In this document: one piece after another, positions 39,692-52,619 of the stretch
Numbering within the stretch: position 1 is the first letter of the stretch
Layout of the letters: every line of letters starts with the position of its first letter
Assembly: GCA_963755715.1 (NCBI GenBank)
Contig: CAVWLW010000027.1
Coordinates: forward strand, 264,752 to 328,751
Length of the DNA stretch: 64,000 nucleotides
From: an uncultured delta proteobacterium
Lineage (GTDB): Bacteria > Desulfobacterota > Binatia > UBA9968
Direction: 5' to 3'
Notes under the pieces: generated by a model
Seen by the model: only the letters and a program-made list of their open reading frames with translations
Told to the model about the DNA's origin: nothing
Database searches by the model: none
Position numbers and translations under genes: made by a program

Positions 39692-40743
39692 GTGGAATCC
39701 GTTCAAGATCGGAAAGCTCGAGGCTGTCGTCGCCACCGGTGTTCCGGGCGCGGTGGTCGTCGCGGTGAGGCCGGACCAGCGAATCGAGGCAGCGGCGGGG
39801 ATTGCCAACGTACAGACCGGGGAGGCCCTGGCACCGGGCCACCGTTTCCGCATCGGAAGCGTGACGAAGATCTTCGTGGCGTCCCTCGTCCTCCGGCTCG
39901 TCGCGGACGGGCTGCTCGAGCTTGACGGGGAGGCGGCGCCTTTGTCGAGGGCGTCACGATCCGCCAGCTCCTGAATCACACGAGCGGTCTCGACGATTTC
40001 AACGGCGACATGGTGGTGTTCTTCGAGCCGTATCGGCGGGATCCCGGCCCATCGCTGGGAGCTCGCGCCGCGCGACGAGCTTCAGCTGGTCCTGGAGAAG
40101 CCGCGCTGTTCCCACCCGGCGAGGGCTGGGCGTACCACGGCAGCAACTACATCGTGCTCAGGCTCGTCGTCGAGGAGGCGACGGGCATGGGGCTGCGCGA
40201 CGCGCTCCGGCAACGCGTCTTCGGGCCGCTGGGTCTGAGCAGACCGATCTGGTGGAACGTCCGCTGCGTGGCGCGTGCGCGCATGGCTACCTGGCGTCGG
40301 ACAACCCGATCTTGCCCGGCGGGCCGGGGGCCTGTCGATGTCACCGAGCTCGACCTTCCGTTCTACCGCGCCGGAGGCGGCATCGTTTCGACCGCCGGCG
40401 ACGTCGTCACGATGCTCGGCGCCCAACTCCGAGGCGAGCTGCTTCCCGCCGACCTCCGCCGGGAGATGCTCGACCGCCGTCGAGTCCGACTGGGAGAGAA
40501 CGGACCGCTACGGATGGGGCATCGGCGAGATCACGGGCGTCTGAGGAGACGGGCGGCGTTCGCCGTGCGGACTGCCTGGGGACATCTCGGCTTCTCCCTC
40601 GGATATATGGCGTCGCGCTGTCGAGCGAGGACGGCGAACGGCAAGTCGTGGTCTGCACCAACTGGTCATTCACCACGGAGGAGACCGAAAAGGCGTTCTT
40701 CGACGCGGCCGGCCGTCTCATGTGGCGCCTGTACTGCATGTAA
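39692..40743 (+). CDS. Serine hydrolase, beta-lactamase/D-Ala-D-Ala carboxypeptidase family, frameshifted
   Basis: FRIGSVTK (SxxK), LLNHTSG, WAYHGSNY, AGGGIVST and WGHLG motifs. Confidence 0.85.
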
Positions 40744-40781
40744 CGGCCCCGTTACAGAAACGTGTGACGTTTGCCGCGCCG

Positions 40782-41330
40782 GTGGCGTATACAGGGCTGA
40801 GTGAACGCAACGACCTGGGCCGACCGCAGCATGCGGGCGCGGAGCGCGAGAGCTTCGCCACCGCGGCTGAAGCCCACCTCGACGACGTCTACGCCTACCT
40901 CCTCTACCTGACCGGAGACCCGACCGTGGCCGAAGACCTGACCGGAGAGACGTTCGAGAAGGCGCTGCGCAAATGGCGTCGCTACGACCCGCGCCGCGGC
41001 TCGACCAAGACGTGGCTCTGCCAGGTGGCGCGCTCGACCGCGCTCGACCACCTCCGCTCGGAGCGGCGGCGCCGGCGGCGGGAGGAGGTCGCCGCGCCGC
41101 CGAGCGGCAGGAGCAGGCGTTCGCTCGGGACTTTCCCCCGAGCTCGAGCAAGCCGTGCTGGCGCTGTCCGCCGCCGAGCGCGAGGTGATCGCGCTGCGCG
41201 TGATCCTCGACCTCGACGGCAAGAGCGCCGCGCGCCTGCTCGGGATCAGCCCCACCGCATGTTCCACCCGATTGAGCCGTGCCCTGAAGAAGCTGGAGGA
41301 GATGGTGACCGATGTCGAGCGTTGACCTGA
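40782..41330 (+). CDS. ECF RNA polymerase sigma factor, frameshifted
   Basis: AEDLTGETF, TWLCQVARSTALDHLR; region 4 EREVIALR..AARLLGIS..RLSRALKKL. Confidence 0.88.
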   Translation: MAYTGLSERNDLGRPQHAGAERESFATAAEAHLDDVYAYLLYLTGDPTVAEDLTGETFEKALRKWRRYDPRRGSTKTWLCQVARSTALDHLRSERRRRRREEVAAPPSGRSRRSLGTFPRARASRAGAVRRRARGDRAARDPRPRRQERRAPARDQPHRMFHPIEPCPEEAGGDGDRCRALT

Positions 41331-42381
41331 CGAACGAGCTGCGCCTGGCCAAGCCGCGCGCTCCCGAGCAGCTGCGCGAGCGCGTCCTGGCGCTAAGCGA
41401 GCGGCCGGTGCGCGAGCCGCGCTTCAGCTTCTCGCTGCCGTCCCGGTACACGGTGCGCCGCGTCGCGTTTGTCGCGGCTCCCGCGATCGTCGCAGTCGCG
41501 CTCGGGCGGCGCCGCTATCCACGGGATCGCAACTCGGGGGCGGCCAAGCTGCGGTTGGTCGCGCCGGGCCCGCCAGCTAAGCCAGGACGCCCCGCTACTT
41601 GAGGCGGCAACGTCAGAGCCGGCGGAAGTCGACATCGGGGAGTGCATTCAGCTCGAGAAGACTTGAGGCTCACCGGCGCCAACGTTCCGACTGCGACACG
41701 GACCTAGGAACCGGCTCCAGCAGTACCAGGCGGCGATGGTCGTCCGGGTCGAGGGCTTGACGAGCTTTCACCCTCGACCCAGAAGGCGATGCGGATCACG
41801 CGCGCCCTCGGCGGCTAGCGTCGTCTCCCGGCACGTTCAGATCCGCCGGAGGAGGGCACGTCTGCCCTGGTCGTCAAGATCCCGGTCGGCGCGTCCAGCA
41901 GGCGATAGCGAAGTTCTCGGCGCTGGGAACGATCGCTGCGCAGAACATCCGGATCACCGATCTCAGGCGCGTTCAACCAGCTCGTAAGCGGATCGGGGCG
42001 CTGCGCGTCGCGATCGCGAAGGTGGACGACAGGCTCGCCGACACGTCGGCTCTCGAACGAGGAGCGGGTGCGCCTGGAGCAGCGGCGCGCACGGCTCGCG
42101 GCACGCTGGAGGCACTGAGGACGAGCAAGGCCCGCACGCGCACCGCGCCGCGCTCGCCACCGTCTCGCTCGGCCTCACCACGAAGGAGGCCGCCGCGGTC
42201 GTCAAGCCGGAGCATCGCGGCCCGCTCGGCGCGCCCTCCACGACGCCGGCAACATCCTCGCGAAGGAGGCGTCCTGGGCCCTTACGCGCTGATCGTCCTC
42301 GGCCCGATCTCTCTCGTCGCGCTGCTCGCGTGCCTGCTTGATTCGGGGCGGGCGTCGCCTCTCCGACCGCCGCCTGCTTGA
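41312..42381 (+). CDS. DUF4349-like membrane protein (putative anti-sigma partner), heavily frameshifted
   Basis: Overlaps the sigma gene; fragments RNRLQQYQAAMVVRVE, LVVKIPV, QNIRITDLQ, ATVSLGLTT and a C-terminal TM helix. Confidence 0.55.
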
Positions 42382-42387
42382 ATCTTC

Positions 42388-43141
42388 ATGAATGCGTTGA
42401 CAGTACTCGGCACGAGTCGGCGGATACCCGCCCCCGGTTCCGCCTGCTCGGGCTACCTCGTCGAGGAGGATGACACCCGCGTCTGGATCGACGCCGGCTC
42501 GGGCACATTCCCGCGCCTGCTCGAGCATTGCGCGCCGAACGAGCTGACGGCGATCCTCATCAGCCACCTGCACGCCGACCACTGGACGACCTCGTCGCTC
42601 GGCCTCCACGCCTGCGGTTCGCCTTCGAGCGCGAGCGGCCGCTGCCGGTCTACGGCCCGGCGGGCTGGATGGAGGCGATGGGCGTCGTCGCCGAGTGGGC
42701 GGTCGAGGACGAGGCCGGCTTTGGAGGCCCACGAAGTCCGCGCGAAGGGGGAGACGATCAGCGTCGGGCCGCTGAAGATCATTCGCGATCCCGGTCGAGC
42801 ACACCCCGGATCTCGACACGTACGGGTTCCGCATCGTCAACGGCGACTGCTCGATGGCGTACTCGGCGGACTCCGGGCCCATGCAGAGGCGCTCGTAGAG
42901 CTCGCGCGCGGCGTCGATCTGTTCGTCTGCGAGGCGGGCTCGCCCGGCGAGCAGGAGATGACGATGCACCTGAACGGGCGGCAGGCCGGCGAGGTCGCAG
43001 CTCGGGCGGGCGCGGAGAGGTTGCTCGTCACGCCATCTGGCGCCGGGAATAGCTTGTCGCGGTCGACACGCTCGCGCACGCGCGCTCAGGGTTCGGAGGT
43101 CGGTCGAGCTCGCCGCCGAAGGCCTGACGATCGAGCTCTAG
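42388..43141 (+). CDS. MBL-fold metallo-hydrolase (RNase Z/BN-like), frameshifted
   Basis: LTVLGT..ACSGYLV..IDAGSG, SHLHADH, YSADSG and DLFVCEA motifs. Confidence 0.85.
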
Positions 43142-44065
43142 CCGCCGAAGGGCGCGCCGCTCATGTACTTGAAGCCGCTGTCGACGGCGAGCGTGACGAT
43201 GACCGCGTCCGGGCCGAGCCGCTCGGCGAGGCGCAGCGAGCCGACCACGTTCGCGCCGGTGGAGACGCCGGCGAAGATCCCTCCTCGCGCGGCCAGCCGC
43301 CGCGTCATCGCGATCGCCTCCTCATCCTCGATCGTGCTGAAGCCCGTCGACCCATCGGGATCCCAGTGCGGCGGAACCATCCCGACCAGCCCTGCATCGC
43401 GAACGTCCCGCTCTCTCCGCCCGAGATCGCAGCCGAGCGGCCGGCTCGAGCGCCTGGACCAGACGCCTTCCGGCTTGAGCGCGTGCCGCCGATGCCGACC
43501 ACAGAGCTCGCGGTCCCGATCCCCTGGCAGAAGGCCGTCACCCGTCCTCCCGCCTGGTCCCAGATCTCCCGGGCGAGGTGCGGCTCGTGGCCCAGGGACG
43601 ATGTACGGGTTGTTGAACTGGTCGGTCGCGTCGTGGCCGGGCTCGGCGGCCAGTTCGGCGGCGCGGGCGATCATGCCGCCGAATGTCCTCGTGCCGTCAC
43701 GTTCGGCTGGCCCTGGACGGACGCGATCACGATCGAGGTGCCCCGGCGAGCGCGCGCATCAGGCGCAGTCGCTCCTCGGAGAAGCAATCGGCGATCACGA
43801 TCTTGCGCGCGGTATCCCTTCGCGCCGCAGACGAGCGCTAGCGCCGGGCCCTTGCTCTCGCCGGTGTACTCGACGACGATGATGCCGGGGCCGATCGAGA
43901 CCGTTGCGCTCGGCCCCTTCGATCATCGCGAGGGCCATGCGGTCCTTCGTCGAGCGGGTCGGGTTCGTGTACTCAGCTTGATCCAGAGCTCGGCGCCGTT
44001 CGCGGGGACGCAGTGGCGGAGCGGACGAGCGGCGTGTTCCCGATCTGCTCGAGGATCGAGCTCAG
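43138..44065 (-). CDS. PLP-dependent cysteine synthase family protein, frameshifted
   Basis: IGNTPLV, NPTRSTKDRMA, DQFNNP, GIGT, GIFAGVSTGAN and VDSGFKY motifs. Confidence 0.85.
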
Positions 44066-44995
44066 AGCTCGCCGTCCCGGTAGTCGAGCTGCTCGATCCG
44101 GGCGATCAGGCCGACGCCGCGGAAGAGACCTTGTTCGAGCGCGGGTAGTAGCAGATGTCGTTCGGCTCGCCGGGTGCCGTAGGCCAGGAGACTCAATGCC
44201 GTCCTCGCCGCCGCGGAAGCGTGCGCGACCGCGTCGCCGGCCGGGCCGCGCGACGACGTGACCCGCGCGGCGGATGTTCCTCGTCGCCGAGCAGGCACAC
44301 GCCGTCCCCGTCGAGCACGACGAAGAGCTCCTCCTCGGCGGAATGGCAGTGCAAGGGCGGCGTCCGCTTGCCCGGGTGGATCCGGTCGATGTTCAGGCCC
44401 GTCTGCTGCGGCGCCGCGCGGCGGCGCGCGAACCAGCCGGACGGTGATCGCCGAACGTCGCCGCCGGGACCCAGTCCTCCCACTCGGCGTCATTCACGTT
44501 CAGGATGTTCGACGGTCGCGGCTCGGGCTCGCCTACCTCGGGCTCGCCGGCGGCGACCTCGCGCGCCCAGGGATGGTCGCCGGTGCCCGCGTCCGTCCAC
44601 GTGGGGAAGATCCAGGCGACGTCTCCGCGCGGCAGGTCGGCGATCTGCAGAGGACGCGCATGCCGTAGATGAGGACGTCGAGCCCGTCGTCGCCGGCGCG
44701 CAGCGTGTGCGCCCAGGCGCTCGGCGGATGGACGATGCAGTCGCCCGGCCCGACCTCGTAGACGCTTCCCGTCCTGCCAGGAGAGGCCGGAGCCGCCGAG
44801 GACGTAGACGATCTCCTCCTCGGCGCCCTCGACGTGCGCCGGCGTCGACCACTTGCCGGGGTCGATCTGGAGCCGCTTCAGCCCGACGGTGACCGTCCCG
44901 GCCGCGCGTCCGAGGTCGCGCCAGACCGCGCCCAGGTGTCCGCGCTCGCTGCGGCGGCCCTCGACGTCGTCCCAGTGCGCGATGAACTCAGTCAT
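44062..44995 (-). CDS. Bicupin protein, frameshifted
   Basis: Two cupin motifs: PAHVEGAEEEIVYVLGGSG and PLHCHSAEEELFVVLDGDG. Confidence 0.82.
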
Positions 44996-45750
44996 GGACG
45001 ACACGCCCCTCCATCCCGCCGGCGACCGTGATGACCTGCCCCGTGACGTGCCCGGAGATGTCGTCGGAGGCGAGGACGACGACCTGGCGCGCGACGTCCT
45101 CCGCAACGGCGACCTTGCGCAGCGGCATCGTCCGGGTGATTCGCTGGACCAGCGTCGTCGTCGATCGCGCCGCGCGTCATCGGCGAGTACGTCCAGCCCG
45201 GCGCGACCACGTTGACGCGGGCGCGCGGAGCGACGCGCACGACCTCGTTCTTCAGGCTGAGCAGCAACCCGTATGCGATCGCGGACTTCGCCGCCGCGTA
45301 GTCGGCGTGGCCGGCCTCGCCGAAGAGCCCGGCGGTCGAGCCGACCATGACCAGGCTGCCGTGGCCGCGTCTCGGCGACGCCGCGCAGGAAACCGCGCGC
45401 GGTCAGGAACGTCGCGGTCAGGTTCGCCGCAGCGTCGTCCTCCCACCGCTCGAGCGGCAGCTCCCAGACGGGCTCGTCCGGGCGTCGGCCAGACGCCGGC
45501 GACCGCCGCGCAGACGTCGAGCGCGCCGGCCTCGGCGAACAGGTGCTCGACCTCGGCCTCGCTCGTCAGGTCGGCCTGGACGAGCGCGCCGCCGATCTCG
45601 TCCTGCAGCGCCTCGGCCCGCTCCTTGCCGCGGTGGTAGTGCAGCGACGACCTCGCAGCCCTCCGCGGCGAAGGCGCGGGCGCAGGCCGAGCCGATTCCG
45701 CCCGAGGCGCCGGTGACGAGCACGCGCTTCCCTTGCAGCCCGGTCTCCAC
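44992..45750 (-). CDS. Short-chain dehydrogenase/reductase, frameshifted
   Basis: TGASGGIG, YAAAKS and RVNVVAPG motifs. Confidence 0.88.
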
Positions 45751-45768
45751 GTTTGGGAGGCTACAAGC

Positions 45769-46580
45769 ATGCGTGTCCACATCATCAGCGACATGGAGGG
45801 CGTCGCCGGGATCGTCAAGTGGGAGCAGGTCACCGGCGGCGACGAGATGTACGAGGAGGGCCGGCGGCTCTAACCGGGGAGATCAACGCCGCCGTGCGCG
45901 GGGCGAAGGCGGCCGGGGCGACCGAGATCGTCGTCATGGACTGCCACGGCGCGGGCAAGGGCTGGAGCTTCAACTCGCTCATCCCCGAGGAGCTCGACCC
46001 CGACTGCGAGTGCGTCGTCCAGCAGGAGTGGACCGGAGTACACGGAGTTCCTCGAAGAGGGCTGTGACGCCGCGCTCTTCGTCGGCGATGCACGCGATGG
46101 CGGGAACGCCGACGGCGTGCATGAACCACACGGTCTCGGGCAGCAATGGCAGAACCTCTGGTTCAACGGGACGCTCGTCGGCGAGACAGGCATCAACGCG
46201 GCGCTGTGCGGCCAGTGGGGCTGTCCGGTGCTGCTCGTCACCGGCGACGACGCGGTCTGCCGGGAGGGGACGCGCGCTGCTCGGCGACGGCCTGACGACC
46301 GTGGCGGTCAAGCGCGGGCCTCAGCAGCTTCAGCGCCCGCCAGATCCGGCAAAGCGGGCTCGCGAGGTGATCGAGGAGGGCGCGAAGCAGGCGCTGAAGG
46401 ACCTGAAGGCGGTCGAGCCCTACGTCCCGGGCCGTCCTGCCGAGATCAAGGTCGAGTTCAAGGTCACCGACGCCGCCGCGCAGCTACGCGCGGAAGGCGG
46501 GCGTCGAGCAGCTCGACGACCGCATGGTGGTCTCGCGTGCCGACGACTGGTGGTCAGCGTGGAGCCAGTTCTTCTTCTGA
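45769..46580 (+). CDS. M55 family D-aminopeptidase (DppA-like), frameshifted
   Basis: ISDMEG, VMDCHG, NHTVS, GETGINAA and VTGDD motifs. Confidence 0.88.
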
Positions 46581-47131
46581 GACGACGTTCAGCTCCTCGA
46601 CCAGCGTGAAGAAGGCCTGGGCGAACGGCGACTCGCTCGTCCGTTCGCGCACGCTCGGCCAGTCGATCTGCTCGCGCAGCGCCCGCGCGACCTCGAGGAT
46701 GGCCTTGTAGTCGAGCACCATCTCGTCGAGTGCGAGGAGCTTCGAGACGATCAGGTCGTCGGGGTGGAGCACGAGCATCGGCACGGCGTAGACCTCCATC
46801 TCGGCCGCGCGGTCGATCACCTCGTCGGTCACGTCGCCCTCGGACGTCCGGAAGATCAGGTCGACGAAGACGTCGCCGTCCCAGGCTTTGTACAGCCATC
46901 CCTCCGGCGGCTTCTCCGGGCGGAAGCCCGCGTCGTCGAGCACGGCCAGGGCGCGGTCGGCGTCCTGCGGCCGCAGGAGAAGGTCGACGTCATGGTCCGA
47001 CTCGGGCCCGCCGCGCGCAGCCGAGGCGATTCCGCCGCCCAGCACGAACGGTGATGCCGGATTCGCGCAACGCTGCCGGCTGCCTTCTTCAGGCTCTCGA
47101 TCAGGTCCGCAAACGTCGGCCCCCCGCTCAT
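46554..47131 (-). CDS. Nucleotidyltransferase family protein (Pol-beta fold), frameshifted
   Basis: FVLGGGIA..DHDVDL (GG..DxD), WLYKA and FVDLIF motifs. Confidence 0.85.
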
Positions 47132-47193
47132 GGGTGAGTGGATACCCCGCGCCGCCGTTTGCGAATCCGGCCTGTCGTGGTAGATCGCAGCGA

Positions 47194-47973
47194 ATGAGCT
47201 GCATTCGAATCGCCGCTGCAGGCGACATCACTGCAGCGAGGAGAACCGTGTAGCGGTAGCGGCCGCGTTCGACGAGGCCGAGCGCGACGCCGACCTGATC
47301 CTGCTCGCGGGTGACCTGACGACGTACGGCGAGCCGGAACAGGCGGCGCTTGCTCGCCCAGATACTGCACGGAGATCTCGACGGGCCGGTGATCGCGGTC
47401 CTCGGCAACCACGACTGGCACGCCGACCGCTGCGCGGAGATCACGAGTCTTGCTCGAGGACGCCGGGGGTCGGGGATGCTCGAATCGCACCCGACACCGT
47501 GCGCGACGTGCGCGGAACCCGGATCGGGGATCGTCGGCACCAAGGGTTTCATCGGCGGCTTCCCCGATTCCGAGCTGCCCGGACTTCGGCGAGCCGATCC
47601 TCCGCCGCGTCTACGCGGAGACGACCGCCGAGGTGGCCGCGCTCGACGCCGGCCTGGCGGCGATCGCGGACTGCCGGCTGCGGATCGTCCTGATGCACTA
47701 CGCGCCGACGACGACGACGCTCGTGGGCGAGCGCCGGTGATCTGGGCCTTCCTCGGCAGCAGCCGGATGGGCGTCCCGATCGCGCGCTACCACCCCGATC
47801 TCGTGCTCCACGGCCACGCCCACGGGGGCACCTTCGAGGGCTCGATCGACGACATCCCGGTCTACAACGTCGCCGTGCCTGTGCTCGGCCGGGACTTCTG
47901 GATATTCGAGCTCGAGGGCGCGGAAGTGAAGGTCGAGGCGGAGCCCGCCGAGCCGGTCGCGGGCCCTCACTAG
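47194..47973 (+). CDS. Calcineurin-like metallophosphoesterase, frameshifted
   Basis: IAAAGDI, LAGDLT, LGNHD, MHYAP and HGHAH motifs. Confidence 0.88.
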
Positions 47974-48072
47974 GCGTTCGTCGCCCCGGCGGCGCAGCTC
48001 GCCTCCAAACAAATCGTTTACATGAAGAAAAGCTCATTGCACCTGCTCGAAGTTACGTGCGAAAATGTCAGC

Positions 48073-48793
48073 GTGCGTGCGCACGTCGTTCACGAGACCG
48101 AGGTTCGCGGCCGCCGGGCCGGGACGGACACCGCAGAGGTACGCGTCACCCTTGACTCGGCGGTCGGCTCCGACCGGCTGGAGCAGCGTGTCATCCGCTT
48201 CGGCCGCGGGAAATCGCAGCCGCAAAAGCTGGACGGGGTGCAGGGCATCCTCTACGCGGTCTCCGGCCGCGGCGTGATGGAGGTCGACGGAGAGAGCCAC
48301 GAGCTCGAGCCCGAGACGGGCGTCTACCTGCGACCGGGCGAGCACTTCGCGATCGAAAACCCGGGGCCGGACGAGCTCGTCACCGTGCTCGTCACCACCT
48401 GGCCCACCGACGGGATGCTGGCCACGCCGAACCCGCGCGTCGTCCGCTACGGCGAGCGACCCACGCTTCCCGCCGGCAAGGATCGCGAGTTCCGCTACCT
48501 CGTCCATCGCGACACGGGCTCTCCGGACGTGACGCAGTTCATCGGGACGATCCCACCCGGGCGCTCGCCGCACCACAGCCACGTCTACGACGAGGTCATC
48601 TACGTGCTGACGGGCGAGGGAACCCTCCACGTCGAAGGGCGGGAGTTCCCGATCCAGGCCGGGACGTGCATGCATCTCCCGCCGCTCGTCGAGCATGCGC
48701 TCGAGAACGGAGGGGAAACGCCGATGCGCGTGCTGGGCGTGTTCCACCCCTCCGGTGACCCCGCGTCACGCGCGTACGAGGCAAACGAATTAG
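48073..48793 (+). CDS. Bicupin protein; ends approximate
   Basis: GILYAVSGRG..PGEHF and PHHSHVYDEVIYVLTGEG..EHALEN motifs. Confidence 0.82.
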
Positions 48794-48856
48794 CCAAGAA
48801 CGGAGTCTCAGACGCAATATGCTGCAAAACTGCATTATCCAGTGAGGAGGAGAAGA

Positions 48857-50074
48857 ATGAAGAAATCATCAATCGCGGCGGTTGCCGTCTCTGGCCGCGC
48901 TCGTTACTGCAGCAACGGGCGCGGCCAGGCGGCGTTCAGGCCCGCTGCGGACAACAGGCCGGCTCGGCGCTGGTCGATTGCGGAACGACGCAGACGATCG
49001 GCGTCGCGTACCCGGCGACGGGCCCCGCGGCCTCGATCGGCGTCTGCCAGATCCATTGGGCGCAGTTCTTCGCGTCGCAGTGGAACAAGACCCATCGAGA
49101 GGAACAAGATCCGCATCGTCCAGGGCGATACGAAGCTGCCGGACACGGCTTCGGCGCTCTCGGTCGCGCACCAGTTCGCGTCCAACTCGAACATCCTCGG
49201 CCTTGTCGGCCCGGCCGGCAGCCAGGAGGTCCAGGACACGGCCGCAGTCTTCAAGAGTGGCCGGTCTCGCAATCGTCACCGGCTCGGCGACCCGCGTCAC
49301 GCTAACGCGTGCGCAAGGCGGGAAGCCGCGCGACACGCCCAAGGGCTTCTTCTACCGGACGGTTCCGAACGACGGGCAGCAGGGCGACCGCGTGCGCGGT
49401 CTGGATCGCTGGAAAGCTGAAGGCGAAGCGCGTCTACATCATCGACGACGAGGAGAGCTACAGCACGGGCCTCGCCGACCAGGTGCAGCGCGACCTGCAG
49501 TCGAACGGCGGCCTCACCGTCAACCGCGACCACGTGAACCAGAGCGTGTCCGACTTCTCGTCGGTCATCACCCGCATCCCGGGCGAACACGCAGGTCGTG
49601 TTCCTCCCGTGGCAGCTCGCGGGGAAGGCCCAGCTCTTCTACACGCAGCTCCGCGCTGCTGGGAAGAGAGCGATCGTGTTCGGCTCGGACGGGACGTTCG
49701 CGCCCGGCACCTTCACCGGCGCCGGCTCGTACGTGTCCTCGTTCCCGGTCGACTACAACAGCGCCCTGCTCAAGAAATTCAAAGCCCAGCACGGCGGGCA
49801 GGACGAGGCGTTCGGTCTCCCGACCTACACCGCAGCTCTCGTGAACGCGACCGCGATCATGAAGGCGTGCAAGAACGGGACCGCGTCGCGGGCCGAGGTG
49901 CGAAAGAACGTCGCAAACGTCAAGCTGTCGAAGAAGGCCTCGCTGCTTGGGTTCCCGGTGACGTTCCTGTCGAAGAACAGGGGCTCGCAGCTGGGTGCCG
50001 GCGACATGGGCCTCCCCGCCGACTTCGGCATCTACAAGATCGGCGCGAACGGGAAGTACAACCGCGTCGGCTAG
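48857..50074 (+). CDS. Branched-chain amino acid ABC transporter substrate-binding protein, frameshifted
   Basis: GAGGAG RBS; YPATGPAASIG, LVGPAGS, FYRTVPND and IIDDEESYSTGLAD motifs. Confidence 0.85.
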
Positions 50075-50095
50075 GTAACGGAAAGTGACTCGACT

Positions 50096-50123
50096 CGAGC
50101 GGCCCACCCCGGTGGGCCGCTCG
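50096..50123 (+). terminator. Hairpin after the binding-protein gene
   Basis: CGAGCGGCCCACC-CC-GGTGGGCCGCTCG followed by CGTTTCT. Confidence 0.6.
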
Positions 50124-50145
50124 CGTTTCTGACAACCTTTCGCCG

Positions 50146-51140
50146 TTGCACCCTCCGCTCCTCAGCATCTGGGACACCATCACGCAGCTCGGCTGGGGCG
50201 GTGCCTTCGAGCTGCTGCGGAACGGCCTGGTGCTGGGGAGCCTCTACGCCCTGATCGCGCTGGGCTACACGATGGTGTACGGAATTCTCAAGCTCCTGAA
50301 CTTCGCCCACGGCGAGGTCTACATGGTCGGGGCATTTCTCGGATACGGGATCCTCAGCGTCCTGGGCGGCCCTCTGGCGCCGGCGGTCGCGCTCGTGCCG
50401 CTGATCCTGTTGATGTTCGCCGGCGGGATGCTCGGCGCCGGCGCGCTCGGCATCGTGGTCGAGCGCTTCGCGTACCGGCCCTTACGAAACGCGCCGAGGA
50501 TCGCGCCGCTGATCAGCGCGCTCGGCGTGTCCTTCTTCCTCGCCAACAGCGTGCTCCTGCTCACCCACGGCCAGCGCTACAGCTACGCCGCTTACCAGCT
50601 AGGCGGCAATCCGAACACCGGCGAACCTGGCTCCCTGTTCCAGCCCGCCTTCAACGTGATGGGCCGGCCGGTCACCGTCGTCCAGCTGGTTGTGGTCACG
50701 ACCAGCATCGCGCTGATGATCACGCTCACGCTGGTCGTGTCCCGCACGAAGCTCGGAAAGGCGATGCGCGCTGTCGCGTTCGATCGCGAAGCAGCATCGA
50801 TGATGGGCATCGACACCGACCGCGTGATCATGTTCACGTTCTTCATCGCGTCCGTGTTGGCCGGGGCGGCCGGTGTCATGTTCGGCCTCTACATCGGCGA
50901 GACGTACTACCTGATGGGTTTCCTCGCCGGGCTGAAGGCGTTCACGGCCGCGGTCGTCGGTGGGATCGGCAGCATCCCCGGAGCGATGGCGGGCGGGCTC
51001 CTGATCGGGGTGACGGAGTCGTTCGCCGCGGGTTACGTCGGAGGCCAGTGGTCCGACATCGTCGTCTTCGGGATCCTGATCCTGTTCATGCTGCTGCGCC
51101 CGACGGCCTGTTCGGGACGAAAGCGATCCAGAAGGTCTAG
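50146..51140 (+). CDS. livH: Branched-chain amino acid ABC permease
   Basis: YALIALGYTMVYGILKLLNFAHG, GKAMRA and KAFTAAVVGGIGS motifs. Confidence 0.9.
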
Positions 51141-51144
51141 TGGG

Positions 51145-52619
51145 ATGACGGGCGAGACCCCACTAGCTCCCGTCCCGCCAGACGAGGTCGATCGTCCGGC
51201 GATCGGCGTCGACGAATGGGTCGCGAGCGCAGAGGAGCGTCATGAGCGACGGGGAGGCCTCGGTGGGCTGATCTCCCGCGGCTGGGACGTGTCGCCGCCG
51301 CCGGCCAAGCTGATTGCCTTCGTCGCGCTTGCCTCGACGCTGCCGTTCTGGATGAACGAGGGCGAGCTCTTCTCGTACGGCCTGTACACGCTGATCTTCG
51401 CCTTGCTCGCCCTCGGCCTGAACGTCGTCGTCGGGTTCGCGGGCCTCCTCGACCTCGGCTACGTGGCCTTCTACGGGATCGGGGCCTACGGCTACGCGCT
51501 GCTTTCCTCGAGGCACTACGGGATCCACTGGCAGGCCGAATTCTCGATCCCGATCGTGGTCGCCGGGACGGCGCTCGTCGGGCTCTTGCTCGGGTTGACC
51601 TCGCGCCGGCTCCTCGGGGACTACCTCGCGATCGTGACGCTCTTCTTCGGCCAGGCATTCGTCGCGTTCGTCAACAACGCGAACCCGAAGGTGGCCGGAG
51701 AGGGGCTGACAGGCGGTCCGAACGGAATCCCCGGTGTCGACCCGCTGAACTTCTTCGGCTACAAGCTCCACTCGACCAAGCAGTACTACTTCCTCCTGCT
51801 CATCGTTTTTCGCTCGCGATGGCCGGCCTCTACTTCCTGAGCCACTCGCGCACGGGCCGCGCCTGGAAGGCGCTGCGGGAGGATCCGCTCGCCGCCGAGA
51901 CGATGAGCATCCCCGTCAACCGCCTGAAGATCATGGCCTTCATGTTCGGCGCCGGGACTGCCGGGCTCGCGGGTTGCATCTTCGCGGCGATCCAGACCGG
52001 GGTCGTTGCCGGGCAACTTCGACGTCGCGCTGTTGATCACGCTCTACGCGATCGTCATTCTCGGCGGGCTCGGGAGCATCGCCGGCGTGCTCGTCGGCGC
52101 GATCGTCATCGATGTCGTCCTTGCAATTCCTCGCGCCGTCGAACGACCACCCGGAGCTCAAGCGGTGGCTCTTCTACGGCGTGATCGTCCTCATCGTTGC
52201 GCGGATCAGGCCCTGGGCCCGCTGGCCCTGTCGCCGCGGGCACGGTCGCGTTCGGCTTCGTCTTCCATCGCGGTCGCGGGTGCCATCGACTCCTCGTGGA
52301 CGGCCGGGACCGCGATGGACGCGGGGTCCGCCGGAACCGGTATCGAGCACTGGGTGGTCATCCCCCAGGGCCACCCGGGGTTCGACACATGGGCGTACAT
52401 CATCCTGGTCGCGCTGATCATCGCGGCCGCGCAGGTGCGCGGCTGGTGGCGGTACGGATTATGATCCCGACGCTGTACTGGGTCGCCGTCGTCTGGGAGA
52501 ACGTCCTCGTCGAACAGCCGGCGGTGACGGCGCTCATCCTCTTCGGCGCGCTGCTGATCGCGCTGATGCAGGCCAGGCCCAGGGCTTGCTCGGCACGGCG
52601 CGGGTGGAGATCGTATTAA
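51145..52619 (+). CDS. livM: Branched-chain amino acid ABC permease, frameshifted
   Basis: GLNVVVGFAGLLDLGY, GDYLAIVTL, GRAWKALRED and VILGGLGS motifs. Confidence 0.88.

Noticed and set aside
48022-51840. Apparent fusions cupin-binding protein (48022-49305) and livH-livM (50146-51840)
   Set aside because: Each downstream gene has its own plausible start codon (with a clear RBS at 48857); the read-through is best explained by indels near the stops.
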